From positions 3,783-67,782 of IMG/VR virus record IMGVR_UViG_3300026519_000011: a stretch of DNA of 64,000 bases; one strand, written 5' to 3'. The notes under the pieces are model-generated. The model saw nothing but the letters and a program-made list of their open reading frames with translations. It was not told the origin of the DNA and made no database searches. The translations under genes and the position numbers were made by a program. Source of the DNA: a virus. Shown here piece by piece: positions 37,902 to 48,733 of this stretch. Numbering within the stretch: the stretch's first letter is position 1; each line of letters starts with the position of its first letter.

Positions 37902-39278
37902 CTATCCTAGTGAAAAATCAGTGGGTACTACTTTACAATTACTCTCGTGCCGGTCTCTGGATTTCTTTAACAAAGAAGTCACGTACAGGGTGTCCTTTAC
38001 GTGCGGGAGGTAAAGAGTGGCCCGCCCTAGCTGACCAGGACGGTACACGCGGTTAGCTGCCTGCTCCAGCCAGCCAGGTACAGGCATATATTCCGCTAAG
38101 TAGATGTGGCTACTGACCTTCTGAAAGGAGTACCCCTCAGCCCCAGCGCCTAGCGTAGATACTAATATCCTACAACTGTCATCCTCTTTAAATTTCACGT
38201 CCTGTTTAATACTTCCAGTAATTAATGCAGGGTTGTACTGCTCTAACTGCTCGGCATAATACGTCGCCGTGGTGTCAAACAAGGTGAAGATGATTAGTTT
38301 GTTATCTTCGGTAACACTATCAGACACTAACAAGATGTCTTCCAGTACACAGGACTCAGTACCCCTCTCGAACATAGCAGGATTAGTTATGGACATGATG
38401 CCCTTGGAGAACTTGAGTGTAGGGGAGTACGAGGCATCAAAAAGCTCACCGTCGGTACTCTCGTAAATTAGGTACTCTTGAAAATCCTCGTACACCTGCT
38501 TTTGGGAGTCCGTTAGACTCAGGTAACGGGTGGACACCATGGGGGCTTCCAACGCAGGCCACACGTCCGCCTTCATTAATCGTCTACTCTTCACGCCTAA
38601 CCGTTTCCTGAGTAGCTTCTCGTTCTTAAAGCCAGAGGTTAGTCGGATGGTTGAGGTGCTACCTCTTCTTTGCATATCCCGATAGGTTACGTGCAACTTG
38701 CAGAAGGCGTAAAAGGACTTGTATGCAGTAGGGTTGGTGATGGATACACAGGAGTAGGAGTCCCTGAGGTCTTTGGTTATAGGTGTACCAGTGGCTATCA
38801 TTACTGCCATTTCCTGCCGACTGGTTAACGCTTTTAGCGTTTTAAACCTACGGCCTTCAGGGTTTCTAAACTTATGGTACTCGTCTATTACCAGTACGTC
38901 ATACTCTTTCATTATCGCCTTGGTGTATCTGGATATGGTGATCCCAGCGTGCGTCATCAGCAATATTCCCGAACCTATTCTCAGACTAGGTCTCTCAGAA
39001 AGCCCTATGAATATCTCGTCCCACTCAGACAGTAATTGGTTGAAGAGACCTGGCTTAGTCATGAGCACTACTTTATTACCTAACAAGCGCCACGCCAGCA
39101 CGGATAAAAACAAGGTCAAGGTCTTGCCTACGCCTGTTTGATCGTACAGCCCGTAAACCACGTTATCCACAAAGGCTTTAGCCCCTGCTATCTGAAAGTC
39201 TCTAGGCTGAAAACCACCAAAGGTTGCTCCAGTGTTGGCTTCTACGCCTATTTCTGCTAATGCTTCGTCAACGGTCAT
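37902..39278 (-). CDS. SF2 (SNF2-like) helicase
   Basis: DQTGVGKT, DEYH, TGTP, GAEGYSF and QAANRVYRPGQ motifs. Confidence 0.9.
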   Translation of the reverse strand: MTVDEALAEIGVEANTGATFGGFQPRDFQIAGAKAFVDNVVYGLYDQTGVGKTLTLFLSVLAWRLLGNKVVLMTKPGLFNQLLSEWDEIFIGLSERPSLRIGSGILLMTHAGITISRYTKAIMKEYDVLVIDEYHKFRNPEGRRFKTLKALTSRQEMAVMIATGTPITKDLRDSYSCVSITNPTAYKSFYAFCKLHVTYRDMQRRGSTSTIRLTSGFKNEKLLRKRLGVKSRRLMKADVWPALEAPMVSTRYLSLTDSQKQVYEDFQEYLIYESTDGELFDASYSPTLKFSKGIMSITNPAMFERGTESCVLEDILLVSDSVTEDNKLIIFTLFDTTATYYAEQLEQYNPALITGSIKQDVKFKEDDSCRILVSTLGAGAEGYSFQKVSSHIYLAEYMPVPGWLEQAANRVYRPGQLGRATLYLPHVKDTLYVTSLLKKSRDRHESNCKVVPTDFSLG

Positions 39279-39281
39279 AGG

Positions 39282-42200
39282 TCACGCGTAAGGGGAAATG
39301 TCAGGGTTATAAGCATACAACTTGTCCAAGTACTTAGAGCAAATCATCTCGAAAGAATCTAGGTCAACCACGCCTCGCTTGTCTAGCATCTCTAGGTTCA
39401 ATGCTATCTCGTTACGCGTGGTCTCCACCGCAGGGCTTCCTTTGTCTCGCAACTGCCACAGTCTGGCACGGAAATCAGGCAAAGATGCGGCGGCAAAGTT
39501 AAGTGAGTCCTTGCCTCCCACTTTCTTAGCGAGGGAAAACCCTAGCGTGGCATTTATCACTAAGTAACCAGACTCCCGAGTAAACAACCCTCGCTCTCCC
39601 GTATCACAAGGTCTAAAATTGTCGCGATTAAGTAACATCTGCTTTCTCATATCTTGTTCAGCCACACCAAGCAGTAGATGTACCAGCTGTTCTCCATCTG
39701 TTAGACGAATCTTACCTGCCTGCTCTTTACTGGTTATAGCGGAATCAGGTTGTTCCTTTTCCCCGTCATTCCCTATCTTCACACCTAGTTGATAATGAAT
39801 GACCTTGTCCTTGAGTTCTGCCATCTTAGATACCGCTAGGGCAGGGGCTAACTGGTACGTCAACATCACCTCTATAAGTAAGTCTATGCCTTGCAGTACT
39901 ACCGCTATGGCGGTACGTTTTCTCGCATCTAACGTGATGCCATTCTCTATGCAGACCGCCTCCACGTGAGCTAGGCTCTCTTTCCTGCCCTCTAATATCA
40001 TACGTCTCACCTCGTTCTCATCTTTACTTGCCAGAAAGAAGAACATGAAATCGGCTATTCCTGAAAGTGCCTGATGGTACGTCTGATCCTCTTCTCCTTT
40101 GTAAGAGGTTATGTCCTCATAAGCCTTCACATACTGTGCTGAATGGGCGTTATCTAAGCGATCTAAGTAAAGCCAAATACAGCGATGGTTTAAGGACTCG
40201 GTGCTGGCATCAACCTCCCCCAGTAGAACTACAGGGTTGGTCATAGCGTAGGCGGTAATACCAGTAGTGCCAACCCCTGTACTCTTCACCACTTGGTCGC
40301 CATTCCAGCTATTCTTAACCGCCTCCAAGAAATCTTTAAGCTTGTTATGGTACCCAGACTCTGTTCCCGTAGCATTAACCTCCTCCCATATTATCGGCAA
40401 GGATTTTGAAGAGGCCATGGCATGGCTTCCCCCTACGATACTAGAGCCTCCTCCAGCCCCTCCGAACATTAAAGAGATACGGTCAGTCAGTCCTGTAAGT
40501 TTTACGAAGTGCTGTATGAGCGTAGATTTACCTGTCCCTGTAGTGCCCGTCATGCGCAGAATAGGAAATTCAGGTGGGATATGTTTCAAGGTCTTTAGAT
40601 AAGGGTTGAGCCAACAACTCATCATCCACCCTAATAACGTCCCTGAGATATGCTGGTCTCGAATAGTTAAGCTGGCTAGGATTGCCCTACCCAGTAGCTC
40701 CTTATCTTTTACGGATACACTGTTAGGGTGCTTGAGGTCGGACCATATGCTCCCTCTGAAGAGTTTGGCTTGAGGCAAGTGCAGATGCACCGTGTCGGTC
40801 ATTCCGTTGCTCTCCCATGTCTTCTCTGGTGTTATCCAGTAACCTTTTCCTGTGGTACCAATGTATAGTCCTAACTGCTCCACTACGTCTATCATTTTAA
40901 TTTCCTGATTACTGCGTATCTCCACTTGAAACCAAGCTAGAATATCTGCTTGGCATTTTAGTATGTTAGCTCCACACACTACCCCTTTAGCTCTTAGCGC
41001 CCGTATGAATTGCGTCGGACCTACATACTCCTCAGCCTCTAGGCTCACTTGATAGGTGCGGTTACTGCGTAAATCTCTTACGGACAAATTCATCCCCACA
41101 ATGTCACCAGTTACGTCGGTAAGCTCAGACTCAGGGGTAATGTGCGCACCGGGGAATACTATCATCCGATTGTTCGTATCAAAGTTGACGAGGTATGTCC
41201 CTTCTTTACCTAGTTCTAATTGATTGTTAAGTCCTGAACTCCCCCTACGACTCTCGGTTAAAGCACACCCTTTGCACATATTCCTAGGTACGGTAAAGGT
41301 GGATCGAATGTAGCTACAGCCGAAGCGTTTGTTACTTCGCTTAACGCTACTGTAGATATGTTTTAAGGACTTCTTAGCCTCCATAGCCGAGCCGAACCTA
41401 CTGCTCGCTCGATTATCCACGAAACGCGTTATGGTGTTAGCCACCACGTTATCGTTCTGACCGGTTCTGGCTAAGTAGATCATCACCTGCATAGCAGAAC
41501 CGTTAAAGCTTCTTACCTTTAAGTCTTTGTTGCTTATTAGCTGAGTAACGCAAGGTGGTCGATCCTTTATGACCTCCATTTCGTCGTCAGTTAAGGGTTC
41601 CTGCTCCTCAGCCTCCCGATCCTCTTTAACTAATAATCTAGCACGCTCAAAGTGCTGTTTGAATCGCCTACATACGTTATGAGGTCCTGGGGGGTGCTGG
41701 TAAGTGCTGGGGAGTCTCACTAATTTCTGATAAATCTCAGGAGTCAAGGTTTTCAGGTCTTCCAGACTGATACGGGTGCGCTTAATGTCCGTGCCTTCCC
41801 GAATGATCTCGGTAAGTCTCCAGCTAACCCCCTTACCTGACGAGTACACCTGATAATCTACACCAGGCATCATGAAGTAGGAGACCATGTGGTTGTATAT
41901 TCTTGGTAGGTCTGCACAAGGTTCCACTAAGCCGAAAACTTCGTTAGGTATCGTTAGGTGGAATCCTTTCTTGCCTGACAGAAACACATGGATGCTTTTT
42001 TTAGGTACGCTGAAGTTAGATACCAGTTCATTAACCACAGAGGTTACCGACTGTATCCCTACCTCTAAAGCGCGGTCAATATCCCCTTGCACTTCCTCAG
42101 GCTTAACATCTATATCCATATAAAACGGACCGATGTAACGTAAGGATGCGAAGTCAGAATCAAAGTCATCTACGGGTCGTGTCAAGGCTAAGATGGTAGC

Positions 42201-42311
42201 CTTCTTAGCCCCTTTGTCCCTAACCAGCGTCTCCCAGTCAACCCCTTCGGTATACGTGAACGGTATCCACTTGGTAGTCTCCCCTGTTTGGTAGTATCTA
42301 ACTAATTCCAT
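39282..42311 (-). CDS. AEP-type primase fused to a P-loop helicase
   Basis: FYMDID and SGKKGFH AEP motifs; Cys cluster; GTTGTGKS Walker A in the C-terminal half. Confidence 0.85.
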   Translation of the reverse strand: MELVRYYQTGETTKWIPFTYTEGVDWETLVRDKGAKKATILALTRPVDDFDSDFASLRYIGPFYMDIDVKPEEVQGDIDRALEVGIQSVTSVVNELVSNFSVPKKSIHVFLSGKKGFHLTIPNEVFGLVEPCADLPRIYNHMVSYFMMPGVDYQVYSSGKGVSWRLTEIIREGTDIKRTRISLEDLKTLTPEIYQKLVRLPSTYQHPPGPHNVCRRFKQHFERARLLVKEDREAEEQEPLTDDEMEVIKDRPPCVTQLISNKDLKVRSFNGSAMQVMIYLARTGQNDNVVANTITRFVDNRASSRFGSAMEAKKSLKHIYSSVKRSNKRFGCSYIRSTFTVPRNMCKGCALTESRRGSSGLNNQLELGKEGTYLVNFDTNNRMIVFPGAHITPESELTDVTGDIVGMNLSVRDLRSNRTYQVSLEAEEYVGPTQFIRALRAKGVVCGANILKCQADILAWFQVEIRSNQEIKMIDVVEQLGLYIGTTGKGYWITPEKTWESNGMTDTVHLHLPQAKLFRGSIWSDLKHPNSVSVKDKELLGRAILASLTIRDQHISGTLLGWMMSCWLNPYLKTLKHIPPEFPILRMTGTTGTGKSTLIQHFVKLTGLTDRISLMFGGAGGGSSIVGGSHAMASSKSLPIIWEEVNATGTESGYHNKLKDFLEAVKNSWNGDQVVKSTGVGTTGITAYAMTNPVVLLGEVDASTESLNHRCIWLYLDRLDNAHSAQYVKAYEDITSYKGEEDQTYHQALSGIADFMFFFLASKDENEVRRMILEGRKESLAHVEAVCIENGITLDARKRTAIAVVLQGIDLLIEVMLTYQLAPALAVSKMAELKDKVIHYQLGVKIGNDGEKEQPDSAITSKEQAGKIRLTDGEQLVHLLLGVAEQDMRKQMLLNRDNFRPCDTGERGLFTRESGYLVINATLGFSLAKKVGGKDSLNFAAASLPDFRARLWQLRDKGSPAVETTRNEIALNLEMLDKRGVVDLDSFEMICSKYLDKLYAYNPDISPYA

Positions 42312-42317
42312 TATCCG

Positions 42318-42566
42318 TTATTTCTCTAAAGAAGGGTCTAACTCAAGAATGTCATCGAAGTCCGGTACGGATAGCACTACGGTGAGTGTTCCTTGCACTT
42401 TATCTATGTGCTGGAAGTCCGCGCCTAAGTCTTCTATCGAGTCCAGTTCCTCTTCAGTCAGAGAGGATACGTCCAGCACGGTGCGTACTGAAGCCGAGGT
42501 CTCTAACACAGGGTAAGGTAGATCGAGCAGTAGGTCATTTAATAGTGTGTGGTCAGGGTTGCTCAC
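42318..42566 (-). CDS. Hypothetical acidic protein
   Basis: ORF in operon register. Confidence 0.55.
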   Translation of the reverse strand: MSNPDHTLLNDLLLDLPYPVLETSASVRTVLDVSSLTEEELDSIEDLGADFQHIDKVQGTLTVVLSVPDFDDILELDPSLEK

Positions 42567-43117
42567 GCTTTAACCTCCGCTAGGTCTTCACCTATGCATG
42601 AGGTACAGTAAGCGGTGAACCCTTTATCAGCAGGGTGCTCCTTAACCGGTATTGTAAACACCGCCTCCCAGACCGCCTCATCCTCGGTTACTTTAAGTAG
42701 CTCATCTTGAGAATAGACGTATGCCTTCCGGCGCTTTTTGAGGATACGATAGAGGGGCGCAAATAACCCATCATACGGTAGTTGGATGGAATCCAAAGGA
42801 ACTCTTGTTGGCTCCTGCGAGAACTCAACGGCATGTATACAGAAAGGGGTAAGGATTGTCTCTGGTATCACTTGCTCACTTAGTCCTCTCAAACAGGATT
42901 GCAGAGATTGCACACCTGCTACCGCATATTCAGTGACGTCGGTAGAGAACACCCCATTAAACGGTTCACACACTATCGCCTCGGATATAACATCCCAAGA
43001 ACCTAGGGGGAGTGTCTTCATATCCTGAATAACCAAGGTAAGTTTCCCTTGGTTATTCAAGGTCACTCTTATTATGTCGAAATAGTAAGGGTCGTGAGGT
43101 AATAGTCTTGCTTTCAT
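42563..43117 (-). CDS. Hypothetical protein
   Basis: ORF 42563..43174; likely start at MKARLL just after the upstream stop. Confidence 0.55.
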   Translation of the reverse strand: MKARLLPHDPYYFDIIRVTLNNQGKLTLVIQDMKTLPLGSWDVISEAIVCEPFNGVFSTDVTEYAVAGVQSLQSCLRGLSEQVIPETILTPFCIHAVEFSQEPTRVPLDSIQLPYDGLFAPLYRILKKRRKAYVYSQDELLKVTEDEAVWEAVFTIPVKEHPADKGFTAYCTSCIGEDLAEVKA

Positions 43118-43122
43118 GGTGG

Positions 43123-43587
43123 TTACTCGAATAAGTTTAAAAAATCTTCCACAAATTTCTCCCTCTCCGACCACGATCTATGAAGGATCGGGGCGGGGAA
43201 ATTTGTGGATTTCCTGTGGTAACAACGGACAACGTCCCCCCCTTCATACAGGTACAACTCATGATCTACTCTGGATAAGAAGGGGAAGACGTACTGCCCT
43301 TTGTAATGCGTAATCATCCTACAAGCCGCCGCTTGCTCCTTCCTTATGTGTGTGCGGTAACATGCTGAAAAATCAGAAAAATCAGTAGAGGTTTTACACT
43401 CCTGATATACCGGTCTGCCGTTGATAACGGACAATATGTCACTGGGTTGTGGGTTGACGATGTTACCTGCTGAACGGGTATCAAGTAAAGGATGGGAGTA
43501 ACATCTTTTACTTTTTCTTAGTAAAGATAACCACTGTCCCTCGAACCAGAACCCGAATTCTTGCGGTGATAGCTCAGGTTGTAGCAT
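43123..43587 (-). CDS. PD-(D/E)xK nuclease, RecU-like Holliday junction resolvase
   Basis: PSD...YQECK motif; replication context. Confidence 0.7.
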   Translation of the reverse strand: MLQPELSPQEFGFWFEGQWLSLLRKSKRCYSHPLLDTRSAGNIVNPQPSDILSVINGRPVYQECKTSTDFSDFSACYRTHIRKEQAAACRMITHYKGQYVFPFLSRVDHELYLYEGGDVVRCYHRKSTNFPAPILHRSWSEREKFVEDFLNLFE

Positions 43588-43865
43588 TACGGTTTGTGGT
43601 AAAAACTAATTAAAGATACTTTTTTATACCAGCTGTCCACATAGTAAATCACTTCGTCATAAGGGGCTTCTCGATCAGTTGAGGCTCGGCATCCTACCAC
43701 GCCAAAATAATCAGTCGTGGCACTTATACTTGATAAGGTGAGGTTGATATGTAGTTTCTTACGCAAGGTGCTCTCCACTTGATGCGTCACTCCGGAAGAT
43801 GCGCACAAGTTTTTCTGGTTGTTTAGGGGTAGCGCTAAGGTTATTGAAAGTAGAAGTATGTTCAT
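43587..43865 (-). CDS. Hypothetical protein with hydrophobic N-terminus
   Basis: ORF with SD-like GAAGG. Confidence 0.45.
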   Translation of the reverse strand: MNILLLSITLALPLNNQKNLCASSGVTHQVESTLRKKLHINLTLSSISATTDYFGVVGCRASTDREAPYDEVIYYVDSWYKKVSLISFYHKP

Positions 43866-43892
43866 GGTCTTACCTTCTTCGTTGATAGTTAA

Positions 43893-46064
43893 TTAATCGT
43901 CGTTCGTCATGGTGATGGACGAGAAATCTATGGTGTCCAACATAACATCTTCGGAGTCGCTGTGACTCACCAGAATTTTTTGATACCCCTGAGAAGACAT
44001 CTCTGAGATAAAGTTAGCCCTGTAGGTGTGGCTCAGTCGTCCAGTAACCTCATCAAGCAGTAAAGGTAGGGGGTCATTCTGTAGTTGTTTTCTGGCTAGG
44101 CGTAACGCTAAACCTATGACGGTTCGCTGTAGCCCACTGCCAGCAGCCACGGAGCGTATCACCCCGCCCTCGGTGTATGTGAAGCCTTTATCCCCTCGGT
44201 TAAGTTCGTATATCTTCCCCCCAGTTACAGCCTCACAGAAAGCGGAAGCACCCTGCAATAGTTTTGACCACAGTTCGGTACGAACTTTCGCTGTAGCCTT
44301 CCTAAGCGCTGACTGGAATGCCTTTAACTCGTCATAACGTTCTCTAGCAGATTGTACTTCTGCATTATGTGCCTTGTGCCTCTCGTCCTCCTTAACCATC
44401 TGTGGATAATCCACAAAAGTTAATTCAGGGGGGTTTTCCCTAAGTTTATTGAGTCCCTCCTCGGCCAGTTTTATGGACTCCAAGCTAGGCAAGTTAGTCT
44501 TTTCTATTAGTAGCTTATCCCGTATTCTGCAGTGCTCCAGATATGCTGATCTACTCTCTATTAGCGCCCTAACTTCCTCCTCGCTAACCTCTTTCTCCAC
44601 AGGTTCTTTAAGATCCCCCATAAGCGTTAACTGTTCGTTGTGATCCCGTATCCACTTACTGTCCGCATTTCGTGGAAGGAATCCTTCTATTATTTCATTT
44701 ATCTTGAACGTGTTTTCTCGGTACTTCTCGTCCTCCACACCTGCCAGCGCTTTCTGGGCATCGGCATACTGTTTAGTGGTGTCATACCTCTTCTTGGCTT
44801 CGACGTAATCCTCCTCAACGAAATTTGGTTCAGGTGGGTATTTCTCCAGCTCCAACTCAGCTTCGTAGTGGTGTTTAGTTCTTGCGGCAGTGCTGTTGAG
44901 GCCCGCTGGTAAGTTAGCTAACGTATTCTTAGCGTCCTCCACCGCCTCTTCAGAAAGTACTGTGCCACACTTATCACAAACCCCTTGCTCTATGATCCCA
45001 TCGGCGGTCTCTTTCAGTTTATATTGGTTTACTAGCGCCAATAGCTCCTCCGAGTTTAGCCCTGTACCAGAGCCACTTGGTTTTGCATCACGCCAAAGTC
45101 GCAAGGCAGTTCTAGCTTCGCTAAGGGTCTCTAACGTCTCTTTTATTTGTTCATGAACTGCTGACCAATCACCTTTTGGTATTTCCAGCCACTCCTTTTT
45201 TCTCTCTTTTAGAGAGGCATTGTACTTCTGATCCTCCTCATACCTCTCACGTTCCTCAAGATAGTTTTCTGGTACGGCACAAGGGTGAGAATCAAGGTAG
45301 GCTGATACATCCTGTTGGACCTGCCACCGTTCCCTAAGATTCTTGGCGTGGGCTATCTGTGATCCTGTCACCTCCATAGGGGCTGGCATAGTTAGTGCGT
45401 GCTTCACCTCCAATGCCCTAGCCTTATGTGCTACTAGCGTTATCAGGTCGGCTACCTTTGCATCATGTGCTTGTTTTACTTTTACAGAGTTGTCGTACTG
45501 TTCCTTATATACCGACAGCTCATCCTTTGACAAGACATCGTAGGTGGGAGTCTGTACAAGGTACGCGTTCAGTTCCTTCAGCTCATCCTTAACCTCGGAA
45601 TCCACCGCAGAGAGGCGATCGAACCCTGCTATACCTACCACGTTTTCTTCCAGCACCAGAGGGTTAATTAGGTCCACTATTGACGAGGCAGTAACCAGCA
45701 TTTCTGCTGATGTTGTCACCCCTAGTAGTCTGGTTATGTAGTCCGTGGTGGCCGACTTACCATTGGCTAACCTATCCCCTCCAGAACTTATCGTGGCGGT
45801 AGTCTTAGTTCTCACCACCAAGTACTTTTTTCCTTGGTAGGTGAACGCTACGACTACTTGGCTAGACTCTGTACCGGTACGGTATAAGTCCTCTCCCGTT
45901 ACCCCTGTGCCTGAAAGACCGAATAACGCAAACTGTATGGCATAAAATAACGAGGTCTTACCAGTCATGTTCTCCCCTTTTATTTGCGTAAAATCCTCGG
46001 TAAAGTTAATCGTTAGCTTTTCTATTTCTCGTATATTGGTTACTTCTACTTTTCGTATAAACAT
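43893..46064 (-). CDS. SbcC/Rad50-like ATPase (T4 gp46-like)
   Basis: GENMTGKT, coiled coil with CDKC hook, GSGLQ signature, LLLDE and VSH motifs. Confidence 0.92.
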   Translation of the reverse strand: MFIRKVEVTNIREIEKLTINFTEDFTQIKGENMTGKTSLFYAIQFALFGLSGTGVTGEDLYRTGTESSQVVVAFTYQGKKYLVVRTKTTATISSGGDRLANGKSATTDYITRLLGVTTSAEMLVTASSIVDLINPLVLEENVVGIAGFDRLSAVDSEVKDELKELNAYLVQTPTYDVLSKDELSVYKEQYDNSVKVKQAHDAKVADLITLVAHKARALEVKHALTMPAPMEVTGSQIAHAKNLRERWQVQQDVSAYLDSHPCAVPENYLEERERYEEDQKYNASLKERKKEWLEIPKGDWSAVHEQIKETLETLSEARTALRLWRDAKPSGSGTGLNSEELLALVNQYKLKETADGIIEQGVCDKCGTVLSEEAVEDAKNTLANLPAGLNSTAARTKHHYEAELELEKYPPEPNFVEEDYVEAKKRYDTTKQYADAQKALAGVEDEKYRENTFKINEIIEGFLPRNADSKWIRDHNEQLTLMGDLKEPVEKEVSEEEVRALIESRSAYLEHCRIRDKLLIEKTNLPSLESIKLAEEGLNKLRENPPELTFVDYPQMVKEDERHKAHNAEVQSARERYDELKAFQSALRKATAKVRTELWSKLLQGASAFCEAVTGGKIYELNRGDKGFTYTEGGVIRSVAAGSGLQRTVIGLALRLARKQLQNDPLPLLLDEVTGRLSHTYRANFISEMSSQGYQKILVSHSDSEDVMLDTIDFSSITMTNDD
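43902..43920. repeat. 19-bp palindrome copy 9 (3' end of the SbcC-like gene)
   Basis: GTTCGTCATGGTGATGGAC. Confidence 0.85.
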
Positions 46065-46066
46065 AC

Positions 46067-46357
46067 TTAGACTTCCAATGTTGGGGTTACTTTTTTAAAC
46101 GTCTTTTTAAGTTGGTCATACGCCCGTACCAACGCCAAGCCTTGTCCTGTGGCTACCACTTCCTTTTGGATAACTTCTACCAACGCCACACCTGCACATT
46201 TTTCCAGCTTGCGTACTTTATAACGACAGTAGGATTTATGCTGGTCTAACGCCTCACTCGCCTTAATAAACGATCCTTTCTTTATAGTCATCCGAAGGCT
46301 TTCTAGCCCGGTGTCCTCAAAAAGCATGTCATGCACTCCTCTACTATCCACGGTCAA
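46067..46357 (-). CDS. Hypothetical protein
   Basis: ORF between the SbcD-like and SbcC-like genes. Confidence 0.5.
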   Translation of the reverse strand: MTVDSRGVHDMLFEDTGLESLRMTIKKGSFIKASEALDQHKSYCRYKVRKLEKCAGVALVEVIQKEVVATGQGLALVRAYDQLKKTFKKVTPTLEV

Positions 46358-47408
46358 GGTACCTCCCTAGAGTTTCATTATGTGCTTCACTGAGGTGGGT
46401 CTTCACCCGCTCCACTACATCAAAGGAGTCTTCCTCCCTTACCTCTTTTCGATCGGCATGAGGGGTGAGCATCAAGTCACTTTCCAGTTTCCAAGAGATC
46501 GCCAGCGCCCCTTTCCCATAGCATGTCTTAGCTATTTTTACTAAGTCCGCTCCAGTCTGACGTTCCCCAGCTATTCTTACTAACTGAGGGAGGGCGTTCG
46601 TCATCATGACGAATGATGCCTCGTTAGCAAAATCAGCTATATCCACCTCCATAAAGCATTGTTCCTTTTTTAGCATGGGTACGTGCGTAACCTCCCCAGT
46701 ATCGGTGTCGTAAGACACGTACCCAAACCCTTTAGCCCCGCCTACATCAGAAAAACTAAGCGGGAACGGGGTACCTATACTGACGATCTTCCCTCCATTA
46801 AACGTCCTATGCTGGTGGTTATGCCCTACAAAGGTTACCTTGAAGGTGTCTGACACACACTTCATTAGTTCTTCTGTAAGGTTCAGGCTGGTCTCATCCT
46901 CCATGTGCTCAGCCATGCGTATGTTGCAGTGTAGGAGTAGCGTCTTATCCTTCCCTGCGTACTCGATACAGAGTTCCTTTATCTTGGTCTCAAATAACGC
47001 TTGGTCTGCTACGTGTGGGAGACATACCAACCCTAAGCCAGGTATCTCAATATGTTCAGTGTCCCCGTACCTCGTGGTGATTAGCTTAGGGGCAAGCTCC
47101 TTCACTTGCTTCATCACCTCGAAAGCTGAGTCCTCTCGGTGGGTGTTAGTTACGTCATGGTTACCAGCCAGTACCCAGTCACACGCGGACGCTTGCTGAA
47201 GGGCGAATCCTAAACCTTCAGAATCCTTAGGGTTTTTCCCATGGAATAGATCCCCCGCGTGTATCTTTACACTGTCTGGTGAGGCATTTTTTAAGCACTC
47301 AATGGTAGCCCAGTGCCGTAACCGTCTTAATTCTAGGCGGTTGGCTGGTGATGTACCTGACATTAGTAAGTGGTCTGCGTGTGTGTCTGATATAAAGTTT
47401 ATGATCAA
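46344..47408 (-). CDS. SbcD/Mre11-like metallophosphoesterase nuclease
   Basis: SDTH, GDLFH, GNHD and GHNH motifs. Confidence 0.92.
   Translation of the reverse strand: MIINFISDTHADHLLMSGTSPANRLELRRLRHWATIECLKNASPDSVKIHAGDLFHGKNPKDSEGLGFALQQASACDWVLAGNHDVTNTHREDSAFEVMKQVKELAPKLITTRYGDTEHIEIPGLGLVCLPHVADQALFETKIKELCIEYAGKDKTLLLHCNIRMAEHMEDETSLNLTEELMKCVSDTFKVTFVGHNHQHRTFNGGKIVSIGTPFPLSFSDVGGAKGFGYVSYDTDTGEVTHVPMLKKEQCFMEVDIADFANEASFVMMTNALPQLVRIAGERQTGADLVKIAKTCYGKGALAISWKLESDLMLTPHADRKEVREEDSFDVVERVKTHLSEAHNETLGRYLDRG
46596..46614. repeat. 19-bp palindrome copy 10 (inside the SbcD-like gene)
   Basis: GTTCGTCATCATGACGAAT. Confidence 0.85.
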
Positions 47409-48733
47409 AATATCGCCCCTCCTCGGGCGGCTAGAAATACTAGAGGTGAAAGAACCCTAACCCATAGAGGGCGGTCCTTGAAAGCCTTATCTTTTTCTGT
47501 CCTAGCGACTGTGTTGGTGTAAGTTACGGGACAAGATAACGCATCACCTTGGGTAGTGTCCACTCTTAGTCGTTTAAATGGAGTCAAAACTATCTCCACT
47601 ATTTCCGGTGAAGAGGCAGGCTTCATTACCAGATCCACTAACTGTTCTGCTACGCCCTCCACATCCTCGATGCCACCCACCCCTCTCAACATAGCGCGGT
47701 AAAGCGCCCTAGTTCTCCGCGTCTTTTCTGCCTTTAACCTCTGTTTAATTTCCTTTTGGGTCGGCTTATGTAAGCGAGGCTTCGCATACCGTCCTAAATC
47801 CATCGGCCGATCATGCACCCCAAACCTAGGAGGTACGGCATAGAAAGGTGAACGCTTAGGTCGGTACGACTCGGGATTACTCACTAGCAAACTAAGCACC
47901 TCGTACAGGTTGACCATGCCTCCCTTACGCAGCGCGTTCCATGGTCTCGCTTTTAGTCGAAGGGGAGGGCGCACGTCTTTCAGTATCGCAGCTAAGCCTC
48001 CAGTACCTATCCAAGGCACGCCATCCTTAATCTCCCTAACACTTACCACCCCTTGATAAAACGTGCCGTCTAGGTACATATTCATAACGGATGGCAGTTC
48101 CTTATTAAACTTCTGGAAGGTCAGCCTGTCCGTAGAGAACACATCCCACGGCTGTACGCTACATTCCTCTGGTACACCTACATGGTGTGATGGGGTCTTA
48201 CCAAGGAATATTTCCAGCGCCTGTTTATCCGTATAGTCTCTGGCTTCTGACCAGCCTACGTTAGCACTGTCGTAAGCGTATGCAGCAGGGAACTTAATCT
48301 GACGGGTTGGAATCAACTCTTTAGAGTACAAATAAGAAGGCAGGGAGAATACGCGGTAAGGTTCCGCTATGACCCTTCTCTTAGGTATGCCCGTTGCTCT
48401 CTGAAAACACTCAGAAAATCGAGACCACCACAAGGAAAGTAACGGGCGCTGGACCTCTACCGCCACGTTATATTCCCAAGACCCTCTTGCTTTAGCTATT
48501 AGCGCCTTCCATACAATGTCGTGCTGGTATATCTCCTCCTCGGTTAGAAAACAATTAAGCCCCACCTCGGTTAAAGGTAAAGGAAGGAAATCGTCTTGCC
48601 CCGCTGGAGGGGTCATGAATTGGGCTTCCATCCTTTTTGCTGTGTACCCCTCTACAGAAAACATTTCCCATAAGGGGGCAGGAAACAGCTCCTCTACATC
48701 CAGAGGGTCTCGTCCGTTAGGTAGATAGATCAT
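47405..48733 (-). CDS. Hypothetical protein (442 aa)
   Basis: Long ORF in operon register; no motif recognised. Confidence 0.6.
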   Translation of the reverse strand: MIYLPNGRDPLDVEELFPAPLWEMFSVEGYTAKRMEAQFMTPPAGQDDFLPLPLTEVGLNCFLTEEEIYQHDIVWKALIAKARGSWEYNVAVEVQRPLLSLWWSRFSECFQRATGIPKRRVIAEPYRVFSLPSYLYSKELIPTRQIKFPAAYAYDSANVGWSEARDYTDKQALEIFLGKTPSHHVGVPEECSVQPWDVFSTDRLTFQKFNKELPSVMNMYLDGTFYQGVVSVREIKDGVPWIGTGGLAAILKDVRPPLRLKARPWNALRKGGMVNLYEVLSLLVSNPESYRPKRSPFYAVPPRFGVHDRPMDLGRYAKPRLHKPTQKEIKQRLKAEKTRRTRALYRAMLRGVGGIEDVEGVAEQLVDLVMKPASSPEIVEIVLTPFKRLRVDTTQGDALSCPVTYTNTVARTEKDKAFKDRPLWVRVLSPLVFLAARGGAIF